Source: an uncultured Clostridia bacterium (GTDB taxonomy: Bacteria > Bacillota > Clostridia > Lachnospirales > CAG-274). Taken from it: a stretch of 64,000 nucleotides of DNA. The first letter of the stretch is position 1; the number at the start of each line of letters is the position of its first letter. Positions 19,343 through 29,118 of this stretch are shown here, piece after piece. Where the stretch lies: positions 5,542-69,541 of the forward strand of contig CALWDX010000062.1 of NCBI GenBank assembly GCA_944376805.1, written 5' to 3'. The translations under genes were made by a program, and so were the position numbers. The notes under the pieces are model-generated. The model saw nothing but the letters and a program-made list of their open reading frames with translations, made no database searches and was not told the origin of the DNA.

Positions 19343-20029
19343 ATGGATTTATCATATAGATTAAATAAAATAGCAGAAAAAGTTACAATAAATGGTATTA
19401 TAGCAGATATAGGTACAGATCACGCATACATACCTATTTTTTTATATAAAAATAATAAAATAAAAAGTGCAATAGCTTGTGATATATCTAAAGGTTCATT
19501 ACAAAAAGCAATTGATAATATTAGTAAATATAATTTACAAGATAATATACAAACACGATTGGGAAATGGACTTGAAAAAATAACATTACAAGATAATATA
19601 GACACAATTATTATTGCAGGTATGGGTGGTATGTTAATGATTGATATATTAGAAAAAGGTAATATTATAGCCAACAATATTAAAGAATTAATATTACAAC
19701 CACAAAAAGATATAGACAAAGTAAGACAATATTTACATAATAATAATTTTAAGATAATAGATGATGAAATGTTAAAAGATGAAGGAAAATATTATACTAT
19801 AATAAAAGCAATAAAAGGAAAAGAAGAAAATTTATATAAAAAAGAAGAATATATATTTGGTAAGTTTGAAATAGAAAATAAAAGCGAAATTTTAAAGGAA
19901 TATATAGAAGACCAAGTGTATAAAATGGAAATAGTTTTAAAAAATATAAAAGAAACTAATATACAAACTCGTATTTTAGAAATAGAAAATAATATAAAAA
20001 TGTACAGGGAGGTTTTAAAATGTCTGTAA
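19343..20029 (+). CDS. trmK: tRNA (adenine22-N1)-methyltransferase
   Basis: ADIGTDHAYIP, RLGNGL, IAGMGG and LILQP. Confidence 0.93.
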   Translation: MDLSYRLNKIAEKVTINGIIADIGTDHAYIPIFLYKNNKIKSAIACDISKGSLQKAIDNISKYNLQDNIQTRLGNGLEKITLQDNIDTIIIAGMGGMLMIDILEKGNIIANNIKELILQPQKDIDKVRQYLHNNNFKIIDDEMLKDEGKYYTIIKAIKGKEENLYKKEEYIFGKFEIENKSEILKEYIEDQVYKMEIVLKNIKETNIQTRILEIENNIKMYREVLKCL

Positions 20030-20826
20030 AGTGTAGTGATATAATAAATATTATGGAAGAATATGCAAATTCTAGTTTAGCAGAAGATTGGGATAATGTA
20101 GGACTTATGTTGGGTGATGAAAATCAAAATATAAATAAAATATTAGTAGCACTTGATATAGATGATAAAATAATAGATGAGGCAATAGAAAAAAAATGTG
20201 ATATGATTATAACACATCACCCTTTTATATTTAAAGGTATAAAATCTATAAAAGCATCTGATACATTAGGTAGTAGAATTATAAAGTTAATTAAAAATAA
20301 TATTTGTGTATTTTCAGCTCATACAAATTTAGATATAACTGTAAATGGTACAAATGATACATTTGCTAAACTTTTAAATTTACAAAAAATAGGAAATTTA
20401 TTTGAAAAAGATAATAGTAGTGTAGGACTTGGAAGAGTTGGAGAACTTGAACAGAGTATACCTTTTAGTGAATTGATAGAAAAAGTTAAAAAAGTTTTAA
20501 ATTTAAATAAGTTAGTAGTATCAGGTGAAGTAGATAAATTAGTAAAAAAAGTAGGTATATGTACTGGAGCTGGTGGGGATATAGATTTTATGTTACAAGC
20601 TATATCAAAAGGTTGTAATGTATATATAACAGGTGATATAAAATATCATAATTCACAAGTGGCAAATGATTTAGGATTATATCTTATAGATGCTACACAT
20701 TATGCAAGTGAAGCTATTATTATACCTGTTATATGTAATTATATAAATAGTTGTGCAAGAAAATTAAATATGCAAGTAGAATGTATTGCATCTACAATTG
20801 ATGGTCAAACATTAAATATTATATAA
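20020..20826 (+). CDS. Nif3-like dinuclear metal centre protein
   Basis: WDNVGL, ITHHPFIF, HTNLD, TGDIKYH and DATHYASE. Confidence 0.93.
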   Translation: MSVKCSDIINIMEEYANSSLAEDWDNVGLMLGDENQNINKILVALDIDDKIIDEAIEKKCDMIITHHPFIFKGIKSIKASDTLGSRIIKLIKNNICVFSAHTNLDITVNGTNDTFAKLLNLQKIGNLFEKDNSSVGLGRVGELEQSIPFSELIEKVKKVLNLNKLVVSGEVDKLVKKVGICTGAGGDIDFMLQAISKGCNVYITGDIKYHNSQVANDLGLYLIDATHYASEAIIIPVICNYINSCARKLNMQVECIASTIDGQTLNII

Positions 20827-20837
20827 GAGAGGTTTTT

Positions 20838-22505
20838 ATGAAAGATATAAAAGTAAAAGTTAAATATAATAATAATATAATTTTAGAAGATAATTTTAAA
20901 GAAGGTATAATTTTATATAATATAAAAGAACAACTTAAAGATAAATTTAACTTTCCCATATTTTTAGCTAAAATTAATAATGAAAATGTTGAACTTTTTA
21001 GAAAAATAAATGAAGATTGTGAAATAGAGTTTTTAGATATAACTAATAAACATGCATATTTAACATATAAGAGAAGTGTAGCTTTATTAATGATTAATGC
21101 TATAAGAAAAGTTTTAGGAGAAGACACAAGAATATTTATAAAATATTCTATTAATCAAAATTGGTTTTGTGAAATAGAAAATACAAAAATAACAGATGAA
21201 TTACTTAATAAAATATCTAATTATATGTTAAATACAACAATAGAAAATGAAGAAATTAAAAAAATAAATGTACCTACTAATGAATGTATAAAACTTTTAA
21301 ATAAATATAAAATGTATGACAGAGCAAATGGACTTAGTTTTGTGAGAAAATCTTCTATAAATTTATATAAACTTGAAAATACATATGATTATTTATATGG
21401 ACATATGGCAGTAGATACAAAAGATTTAACAGGATTTAAACTAATAAAAAATGATAATAATAGTTTTACATTAAACTTTTTGGATAGAAATAATCCAACA
21501 GAACTTAAAGAATATAAAAATATTAAAAAATTAGTAGAAGTTTTTGAAGAGTCTGCAAAATGGTCTAAAATAATAGGTGTAGACTATGCAGGTGCTTTAA
21601 ATAGTGCTATATGTGAAGAACGTATACAGGAAATTATTTTAATTTCAGAGGCTTTGCAAGAAAAGAAAATAGCTAATATTGCTGATATGATAACAAAAAA
21701 TAATAAAAAAGTTGTATTAATAGCAGGACCTTCATCTTCTGGTAAAACAACTTTTGCTAATAGAATATGTATACAATTAAAAGTAAATGGTATAATGCCT
21801 TATGTTGTTTCTTTAGATAATTATTATTTAAATAGGGAAAATGTTCCTTTAGATGAAGATGGGAAACCAGACTTTGAATGTTTAGAGTCTTTAGATGTTG
21901 AAAGAATTAATAAAGATATAGAAACTCTTATAAAAGGTGAACCAACAGAAATACCTAAATTTAATTTTATAACAGGTAAAAGAGAAAAAGGTAAAACAAT
22001 AACATTAAAAGAAAATGAAGTAATAATTATTGAAGGTATACATGGACTTAATGAAAAAATAAGTGCAAATATAGATAAAAAAGATAAATTTAAAATATTT
22101 ATAAGTGCTTTAACTCAGCTTAATATAGATAGTCATAATAGAATATCTACAACAGATGCAAGAATTTTTAGAAGACTTGTAAGAGACCATCATTTTAGAG
22201 GATTTGGTGTTAATAAAACTATACAAATATGGTCTGATGTAATGAAAGGTGAAATTAAAAATATATTTCCATTTCAAGAAGAAGCAGATGTTATATTTAA
22301 TTCAGCTTTAATTTATGAGTTAGCAGTTTTAAAACCTTTTGCAGACCCATTATTATATAGGGTAACAAAAGATGAAGAAGAATATAGTGAAGCTACAAGG
22401 CTTATAAAATTTTTAGATAGCTTTTTACCTATTAATTGTTTAGATGCAATACCTCCTAACTCTATTATTAGAGAGTTTATAGGTGGAGGGTGTTTTGAAC
22501 ATTAA
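20838..22505 (+). CDS. Nucleoside (uridine) kinase with N-terminal ThrRS-like TGS/editing-type domains
   Basis: Walker A AGPSSSGKTT, SLDNYY, EGIHGLN and RRLVRD. The N-terminus resembles the ThrRS TGS/SAD region. Confidence 0.85.
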   Translation: MKDIKVKVKYNNNIILEDNFKEGIILYNIKEQLKDKFNFPIFLAKINNENVELFRKINEDCEIEFLDITNKHAYLTYKRSVALLMINAIRKVLGEDTRIFIKYSINQNWFCEIENTKITDELLNKISNYMLNTTIENEEIKKINVPTNECIKLLNKYKMYDRANGLSFVRKSSINLYKLENTYDYLYGHMAVDTKDLTGFKLIKNDNNSFTLNFLDRNNPTELKEYKNIKKLVEVFEESAKWSKIIGVDYAGALNSAICEERIQEIILISEALQEKKIANIADMITKNNKKVVLIAGPSSSGKTTFANRICIQLKVNGIMPYVVSLDNYYLNRENVPLDEDGKPDFECLESLDVERINKDIETLIKGEPTEIPKFNFITGKREKGKTITLKENEVIIIEGIHGLNEKISANIDKKDKFKIFISALTQLNIDSHNRISTTDARIFRRLVRDHHFRGFGVNKTIQIWSDVMKGEIKNIFPFQEEADVIFNSALIYELAVLKPFADPLLYRVTKDEEEYSEATRLIKFLDSFLPINCLDAIPPNSIIREFIGGGCFEH

Positions 22506-22572
22506 ATTATAAATAATAAAAAAGATTTTTGTATTATATAATATAGAAAATTTAATAAATGAAATTGAAGAG

Positions 22573-22644
22573 GTATAGTTTTTAAACTATACTTTCAGAC
22601 TGAAGACAAAAGGCATATTGAAAAAAATTCAATATGCCTTTTGT
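22573..22644. repeat. Double-hairpin element flanking TTTCAGACTGAAGAC
   Basis: GTATAGTTT-TT-AAACTATAC (22573-22592) and a 17-bp perfect stem ACAAAAGGCATATTGAA-A5-TTCAATATGCCTTTTGT (22606-22644). Confidence 0.7.
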
Positions 22645-22732
22645 TTTCAATTTTATAATAATAAATTACTAATGAATAATTTTATAATTTTTGTAAAAAA
22701 TACTAATATTAAAATTTATAAAAGGAGTGGTC

Positions 22733-22888
22733 ATTATATTTTACAAGAAAAAGGGTATTATAGTAGCAATGTTAATAATTAGTATAGTATGTTTAATATT
22801 TATTTTTAATGTAGATAAGAAAAAAGAATATAATGGAACATTTGTTAAAGTAGGTGATAATAATGGATATATATGTAAAGCCTTTTAA
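22733..22888 (+). CDS. Putative 51-aa single-TM protein with non-ATG start, upstream of spoVAA (not in ORF track)
   Basis: AAAGGAG RBS then ATT-ATA-TTT...: IIFYKKKGIIVAMLIISIVCLIFIFNVDKKKEYNGTFVKVGDNNGYICKAF*. Overlaps the spoVAA start. Confidence 0.55.
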   Translation: MIFYKKKGIIVAMLIISIVCLIFIFNVDKKKEYNGTFVKVGDNNGYICKAF

Positions 22889-23501
22889 AAAAGTATCTTT
22901 GGCAGAAGTAAAAAAGGTATATTTAAAAGATATAGCAGAAGTTTATGCACCAAGTGAAATATTAAAACAAGTAAAAAATGTAAAAGTAATGGAAATAAAA
23001 AAGGAAGAACAAAATAATTATTTAATATCTATTATAGATATAATAAATTCTATTGATAAATCTATGCCAGGACATACTATAAATAATGTGGGAGAAATGG
23101 ATACAGTATTAGAATATTCACCAGTAAAAGAAAAAGATAAGTCTATTATAAAAAATTTAAAAGTAGCAGCAGTTACAATAATACTTTTAGCAGGTTCTTC
23201 TACAGCTATTATGAGTTTTCATTCTGATGCACAAATGTCTAAAGTTTTTGAAAATTATTATTATATATTTTTTAATGAAAGAGTAGAAAATCCAATGCTT
23301 TTAGATATACCATATTCTATTGGATTAGCAATGGGTATAATTGTATTTTTCAATCACTTTATAGGGAAAAAAATAACAACAGATCCAACGCCAATAGAAG
23401 TAGAAATGTCTACTTATGAAGCAAATGTTACAGATAATATTATAGATACCTTAAATGTAGAAAAAACAAAAGGTGGGAATAATAAAAATGGAAACAATTA
23501 A
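22863..23501 (+). CDS. spoVAA: Stage V sporulation protein AA
   Basis: First of four SpoVA homologues. IMSFHSD, PYSIGLAMG and DPTPIEVEM. ATG 22863 follows AGGTG. Confidence 0.88.
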   Translation: MDIYVKPFKKVSLAEVKKVYLKDIAEVYAPSEILKQVKNVKVMEIKKEEQNNYLISIIDIINSIDKSMPGHTINNVGEMDTVLEYSPVKEKDKSIIKNLKVAAVTIILLAGSSTAIMSFHSDAQMSKVFENYYYIFFNERVENPMLLDIPYSIGLAMGIIVFFNHFIGKKITTDPTPIEVEMSTYEANVTDNIIDTLNVEKTKGGNNKNGNN

Positions 23502-23919
23502 AGGTATACTAGCAATAATAATAGCATTTGCATCAGGTATAATAATATCCGGTGCAGTTTTTGCGTTTATAGCAATAATAGGTGTTGTACCAAGACTTGC
23601 ACAAAAGACAAGAACAGAAGATAAAATAAGGTTTTATGAGGAAGCTATTATATGGGGTGGTATAATAGGTACAGTATCTATGGTATATGATTTTTATATA
23701 CCAATAGGAAAAATTTTAGCAGTAATGTATGCAGGTTGCATAGGTATTTTTTTTGGTTGTTTAGCAGTATCTTTGGCAGAAATATTAAATGTATTACCTA
23801 TACTTACAAGGCGTGGAAGAATACAAACAGGGCTTAAATATTTTATATTAGCAGTAGCAATAGGTAAATTAATAGGTTCAATAATATATTCAAGAATACC
23901 AGGATTTTATTATATGTAG
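23488..23919 (+). CDS. spoVAB: Stage V sporulation protein AB
   Basis: IIGVVPRLAQ, YEEAIIWGG and GCLAVSLAEILNVLPI. Confidence 0.88.
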   Translation: METIKGILAIIIAFASGIIISGAVFAFIAIIGVVPRLAQKTRTEDKIRFYEEAIIWGGIIGTVSMVYDFYIPIGKILAVMYAGCIGIFFGCLAVSLAEILNVLPILTRRGRIQTGLKYFILAVAIGKLIGSIIYSRIPGFYYM

Positions 23920-23928
23920 GAGGATTTT

Positions 23929-24360
23929 ATGGATAAAAAGCAATATCAACAAAGGGTAAAAGAACTTTCACCAAATAGTCATATAGTTAAAGATTGTTTA
24001 AAAGCTTTTTTAGTAGGTGGAATTATTTGTACAATAGGACAAGTTATAACTAATTTATTAGATAATTATGGTTTATCTAAAAATGAAACAAGTATGTATA
24101 CTTCTATGATACTTATATTTATTGCATCATTATTAACAGGATTAGGGATTTATCAAAAAATAGGACATTTTGCAGGAGCAGGTTCGATAGTACCTATTAC
24201 AGGTTTTTCAAATTCAGTTACTTCTCCAGCTTTAGAATTTAAAAAAGAAGGATTTATATTGGGATTAGGAGCTAAAATATTTATTGTAGCAGGACCAGTT
24301 ATATTATATGGTACACTTGCATCTGTTTTAGTTGGACTTGTATATTATTTTGTTAAGTAG
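23929..24360 (+). CDS. spoVAC: Stage V sporulation protein AC
   Basis: AFLVGGIIC, AGAGSIVPITGF and KIFIVAGPV. Confidence 0.93.
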   Translation: MDKKQYQQRVKELSPNSHIVKDCLKAFLVGGIICTIGQVITNLLDNYGLSKNETSMYTSMILIFIASLLTGLGIYQKIGHFAGAGSIVPITGFSNSVTSPALEFKKEGFILGLGAKIFIVAGPVILYGTLASVLVGLVYYFVK

Positions 24361-24369
24361 GAGGATATT

Positions 24370-25377
24370 ATGGGCAAACATATAGGTAAACAATCAGCAA
24401 TTTTTGATAAAGATATTTTTATAATAAACACAGCATCTACTGTTGGAAAAAAAGAAGGAGAAGGACCTTTAAAAGATTATTTTGATGTTATATTAGAAGA
24501 CAGTTTATATGGAGAAGATAGTTGGGAAAAAGCAGAAAGTAAAATGGTAAATGAAAATATGAAACTAGTTGTAAATAAAGAAAAATTACAATTTAGTGAT
24601 ATAGATTATATTTATGCAGGTGATTTATTAAATCAAAGTAGTGGTTCTAATTATGCAATAAGGGATTTAGGTGTGCCATTTTTTGGTATATTTGGTGCTT
24701 GTTCTACTATTGGTGAAGGTATGGCTTTAGGTGCTATTAATATAGAAAGTGGTGTTGGTAGAAAAATACTTGTAGGAGCATCTAGTCATTTTTGTGCCGC
24801 AGAAAAACAATTTAGATTTCCTTTAGGACTTGGTACACAACGTCCTTTAACTTCTACTTGGACAGTAACAGGAGCAGCAGCTTTAATTTTATCAGATACA
24901 GGTAAAAGTATTAAAATAAAAGGTATAACAACAGGTAAAATAGTAGATTTAGGTATAAAAGATGCTAATAATATGGGTAGTGCTATGGCACCAGCAGCAG
25001 CAGATGTTATTATAAATAATTTAAAAGATTTTAATATACAACCAGATTATTATGATATGATTTTTACAGGTGATTTAGGGTATGTAGGAAAGCAACTTAC
25101 AATAGAGCTTGTAAAAGAGGCTGGCTATGATATATCTAAAAACTATACAGATTGTGGAATAGAAATATTTGACCAAAATACACAAGATACACATAGTGGT
25201 GGAAGTGGTTGTGCTTGTGCAGGTACAACATTTGCAGGTATGATTTTTGATAAACTTAAAAAGGGTGAACTTAATAGAATTTTATTTATACCAACAGGAG
25301 CTTTAATGAGTCCTACAAGTATTCAACAAGGTGAAAGCATAGCAGGTATTGCACATGGAATAATTATAGAAAGATAG
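24370..25377 (+). CDS. spoVAD: Stage V sporulation protein AD
   Basis: EGEGPL, AGDLLNQ, GACST, SHFCAAEKQFRFP and SGGSGCAC. Confidence 0.95.
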   Translation: MGKHIGKQSAIFDKDIFIINTASTVGKKEGEGPLKDYFDVILEDSLYGEDSWEKAESKMVNENMKLVVNKEKLQFSDIDYIYAGDLLNQSSGSNYAIRDLGVPFFGIFGACSTIGEGMALGAINIESGVGRKILVGASSHFCAAEKQFRFPLGLGTQRPLTSTWTVTGAAALILSDTGKSIKIKGITTGKIVDLGIKDANNMGSAMAPAAADVIINNLKDFNIQPDYYDMIFTGDLGYVGKQLTIELVKEAGYDISKNYTDCGIEIFDQNTQDTHSGGSGCACAGTTFAGMIFDKLKKGELNRILFIPTGALMSPTSIQQGESIAGIAHGIIIER

Positions 25378-25378
25378 A

Positions 25379-25406
25379 TATTCCCTCTTTTTTATAAGAG
25401 GGAATA
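25379..25406 (+). terminator. Terminator of spoVA operon
   Basis: TATTCCCTCTT...AAGAGGGAATA directly after the spoVAD stop. Confidence 0.65.
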
Positions 25407-25412
25407 ATAATA

Positions 25413-25441
25413 TTGCAATTTTTTAATAAAAATGTTATTAT
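25413..25441 (+). promoter_or_regulatory. SigmaA promoter of gltX operon
   Basis: TTGCAA-17-TATTAT with extended TG. Confidence 0.5.
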
Positions 25442-25481
25442 ATAGTGAATAATAATAAATTAAAATAAAATGGAGGATACT

Positions 25482-26906
25482 ATGATTAGAACAAGATTTG
25501 CACCTAGTCCTACTGGGTATATGCATATAGGAAATTTAAGAACAGCACTTTATGAATATTTAATAGCAAAAGCAAATAATGGTAAATTTATACTTCGTAT
25601 AGAAGATACAGACCAAGAAAGACTTGTAGAGGGAGCAACAGATATAATTTATAAAACTCTTAAAATGGCAGGTATACAACACGACGAAGGACCAGACATT
25701 GGGGGAGAATATGGACCATACATACAAAGCCAAAGAAAAAATGATTATTTAGAATATGCTAAACAATTAGTAGAAAAAGGTGAAGCATATTATTGTTTTT
25801 GTGATAAAGATAGATTAGATAGTTTAAAAGGTGATGAAGGAATAGCAAAATATGATAGACATTGTTTATCTTTATCTAAAGAAGAAATAGAACAAAAACT
25901 TAAAGATAATGTACCTTTTGTTATTAGACAAAAAATTAAAGAAGGTAAAACAACTTTTATAGATGAAGTTTATGGTGAAATAACAGTAGAAAATGAAGAA
26001 ATGGAAGACCAAATATTAATAAAATCTGATGGATTACCTACATATAATTTTGCAAATGTTATAGATGACCATTTAATGGATATAACACATGTTGTTAGAG
26101 GTAGTGAATATTTATCTTCTACACCTAAATATAATCTTTTATATGATGCATTTGGTTGGGATATACCTACTTATATACATTTACCACCAGTTATGAAAAA
26201 TCAAAGTGAAAAATTATCTAAAAGAAATGGTGATGCATCTTTTCAAGATTTAATAGATAAAGGTTATTTACCAGAAGCAATAGTAAATTATATTGTACTT
26301 TTAGGTTGGTCACCGTCAGATAACCAAGAAATATTTACATTAGATGAACTTATACAAAAATTTGATATAAAAGGTCTTAGTAAATCACCAGCTATATTTG
26401 ATATAACAAAATTAACTTGGGTAAATAGCGAATATCTTAAAAAAATGGATTTTGATGCATTTTTTGAAATGGCAGAGCCTATTTTAAAAGAGTGTATAAC
26501 AAAACCTTATAATATTAAAAAAATAGCTGAATATGTTAAAACTAGAATAGGTACTATAAATGATATACCTAGTATGGTTGATTTTATAGAAGAATTACCA
26601 GAATATAGTACAGAACTTTATATACACAAAAAAAATAAAGTAGATGAATCAATATGTTTAGATATACTTCAAAAATCTATACCAGTTTTTGAAAACTTAG
26701 AAAATTGGGATAATGAAAGTATATATAATGCAATAGTATCTTTTGCAAATGAAATAGGTATGAAAAATGCAGCTGTTTTATGGCCTATAAGAACTGCTTT
26801 ATCAGGTAAACCTACTTCACCTTGTGGTGCTAGTGAAATGGGTGAGCTTTTTGGAAAAGACGAAACTTTAACAAGACTTAAAAAAGGTATAGAAAAACTT
26901 TCTTAA
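25482..26906 (+). CDS. gltX: Glutamate--tRNA ligase
   Basis: [19 protein letters not shown] and KLSKR. Start at ATG 25482 behind GGAGGA. Confidence 0.97.
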   Translation: MIRTRFAPSPTGYMHIGNLRTALYEYLIAKANNGKFILRIEDTDQERLVEGATDIIYKTLKMAGIQHDEGPDIGGEYGPYIQSQRKNDYLEYAKQLVEKGEAYYCFCDKDRLDSLKGDEGIAKYDRHCLSLSKEEIEQKLKDNVPFVIRQKIKEGKTTFIDEVYGEITVENEEMEDQILIKSDGLPTYNFANVIDDHLMDITHVVRGSEYLSSTPKYNLLYDAFGWDIPTYIHLPPVMKNQSEKLSKRNGDASFQDLIDKGYLPEAIVNYIVLLGWSPSDNQEIFTLDELIQKFDIKGLSKSPAIFDITKLTWVNSEYLKKMDFDAFFEMAEPILKECITKPYNIKKIAEYVKTRIGTINDIPSMVDFIEELPEYSTELYIHKKNKVDESICLDILQKSIPVFENLENWDNESIYNAIVSFANEIGMKNAAVLWPIRTALSGKPTSPCGASEMGELFGKDETLTRLKKGIEKLS

Positions 26907-26925
26907 TTTAGAAAGAATATTTAAT

Positions 26926-27513
26926 ATGAAAAAATTAGCAGAAGATTTTTTTACAAGAGATGCTTTAACTGTTGGTAAAGAGCTTATTGGTAAATATCTG
27001 GTTAGAGAAATAGACAATGAAAAAATAATAGTAAAAATAACAGAAACAGAAAGTTATTTAGGTGATATAGACAAAGCTTGTCACGCATATGGTGGTAAAA
27101 TAACAGATAGAACAAAAACTTTTTATATGAAAGGTTCTACTATTTATGTTTATTTAATATATGGTATGTATTATTGTTTTAATATAATTACAGATACTAT
27201 CAATAAGCCTTCTGCTGTTTTAATAAGAGGAGCAGAGCCAGTAGAAAATGCAGAAAAAATAAGTTTATTAAGATATGATAAACCTTATAAAGATTTAACT
27301 ACATATCAAAAGAAAAATTTTTTAAATGGACCTGGTAAACTTTGTAAAGGGCTTAATATAGATAAATCTTTTAATGAAAAAAGTATTTTATCTAATGAAA
27401 TATATATACTAGATAATAAAGACTTTAACATAAATAATGTAAAAATAGGTAAAAGAATAAATATAGATTATGCTGAAGAGGCTAAAGATTTTTTGTGGAG
27501 ATTTTATATATAA
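26926..27513 (+). CDS. mpg: DNA-3-methyladenine glycosylase (MPG/AAG family)
   Basis: ITETESY, YVYLIYGMYYCFNI, AVLIRGAEP and NGPGKLC. Confidence 0.92.
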   Translation: MKKLAEDFFTRDALTVGKELIGKYLVREIDNEKIIVKITETESYLGDIDKACHAYGGKITDRTKTFYMKGSTIYVYLIYGMYYCFNIITDTINKPSAVLIRGAEPVENAEKISLLRYDKPYKDLTTYQKKNFLNGPGKLCKGLNIDKSFNEKSILSNEIYILDNKDFNINNVKIGKRINIDYAEEAKDFLWRFYI

Positions 27514-27530
27514 TTTGGAGTTGAATTTTA

Positions 27531-28715
27531 ATGGAAAATTTTAAGAACATAAAAAAGTTGGGTATTATGGGAGGTACTTTTAATCCTATACATTATGCAC
27601 ATTTATTTACAAGTAATTATGTTTTAGAAAAATATAATCTTGATAAAATAGTATTTATACCAACAGGAGAACCACCTCATAAAAAAAATATAGATTTACC
27701 TAGTGTTGAACATAGATATAATATGACAAAAATTGCAATAGAAGATAATTCTAATTTTTTTATATCTAATATAGAAGTAGAAAGACATACAACTACTTAT
27801 ACAATAGATACATTAAAACAAATAAAATCTATGTGTGATGAAGATATACAACTTTATTTTATAGTAGGTACAGATACGATAAATCAAGTTTATACTTGGA
27901 AAGAACCTGAAAATATTTTTGATTTAACAAAATTTATTATTACAACAAGACCTAATTATATTTTAAATGAAAAAACAAAACAATTAGTAAATAAATATAA
28001 AGATAAGATTTATTTTTGTGAAACTCCAATGCTTGAAATATCTTCAACAAATATAAGAAAAAGAGTAGAACAAGAAAAAAAAGTAACTTATTTATTACCT
28101 AAAAATGTAGAAGATTATATTTATAAAAATAACTTATATAAGACAGATTTTTTTGAAAAATATAAAAAAGAATTAAACATATTAAAAGAAAATCTTACAG
28201 AAAAAAGGTTTAACCATTCTATACAAGTAGCTAAAGAAGCAAAAAGTCTTGCAATAGAACATAATGAAGATAAGGAAAAAGCATTTTTAGCAGGACTTAT
28301 ACATGATTGTTGCAAATGTTTTTCTTTACCCAAAATATATGAAACTTGTGAAAAATACAATTTTAAATTAGATGAAGTTTTAGAAAAACAACCAGACTTA
28401 TCACATAGTTTTTTAGGATATTATGTAGCTAAAGACATTTATAATATACAAGATGAAAATATATTAAATAGTATAAAATATCATACTACTGGTAGAGCAA
28501 ATATGACTAATCTTGAAAAAATAATTTATATAGCAGATTATATAGAGCCAACAAGACCATATTTTGAGGGTATATATAAAGCTAGAGAATTAGCCTATAA
28601 AAACTTAGATATGGCAATGGATTATATATTAGAAAGTACAATTCAATTTAATAATAAAAAAGGTAGAATTATACACCCTTTAAGTATAGAAGCATATGAC
28701 TATTATAAAAATTAG
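27531..28715 (+). CDS. nadD: Nicotinate-nucleotide adenylyltransferase fused to YqeK-type HD-domain (Ap4A hydrolase-like)
   Basis: GGTFNPIHYAH and ISSTNIR (NadD), then RFNHSIQV, GLIHD, HTTG and ADYIEP (YqeK). Confidence 0.92.
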   Translation: MENFKNIKKLGIMGGTFNPIHYAHLFTSNYVLEKYNLDKIVFIPTGEPPHKKNIDLPSVEHRYNMTKIAIEDNSNFFISNIEVERHTTTYTIDTLKQIKSMCDEDIQLYFIVGTDTINQVYTWKEPENIFDLTKFIITTRPNYILNEKTKQLVNKYKDKIYFCETPMLEISSTNIRKRVEQEKKVTYLLPKNVEDYIYKNNLYKTDFFEKYKKELNILKENLTEKRFNHSIQVAKEAKSLAIEHNEDKEKAFLAGLIHDCCKCFSLPKIYETCEKYNFKLDEVLEKQPDLSHSFLGYYVAKDIYNIQDENILNSIKYHTTGRANMTNLEKIIYIADYIEPTRPYFEGIYKARELAYKNLDMAMDYILESTIQFNNKKGRIIHPLSIEAYDYYKN

Positions 28716-28725
28716 GAGGAAAAAA

Positions 28726-29088
28726 ATGGATAAACAACAAGTTTTTGAAGCAGTAAAAGTTGCTTATAAAGCATTAGATGATAAAATGGGTATAGATATA
28801 AAAGTAATAGATATAGGTAATTTGTCACCTATTGCAGATTATTTTGTTATAGCTAGTGCTAGTAACTCTAGTCAATTAAGAGCTATGGCAGAAGCAGTAG
28901 AAGAAGAATTACACAAACAATGTGGTATTGAAAAAACTCATATTGAAGGTGTTCAAACAAAAAGTTGGATTTTATTAGATTTTAGTGATATAGTAGTACA
29001 TTTATTTAATGAAGAAGACAGAGAATTTTATAATATAGAAAGAATTTGGGCTGATGCTGAAACTATAGATGAAAGTCTTTTAAAATAG
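28726..29088 (+). CDS. rsfS: Ribosome silencing factor
   Basis: DYFVIASASN, WILLDF and REFYNIERIW. Start behind AGGAGG. Confidence 0.95.
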   Translation: MDKQQVFEAVKVAYKALDDKMGIDIKVIDIGNLSPIADYFVIASASNSSQLRAMAEAVEEELHKQCGIEKTHIEGVQTKSWILLDFSDIVVHLFNEEDREFYNIERIWADAETIDESLLK

Positions 29089-29118
29089 TATTTATAAATA
29101 TTTATACTAGGAGGTGTA

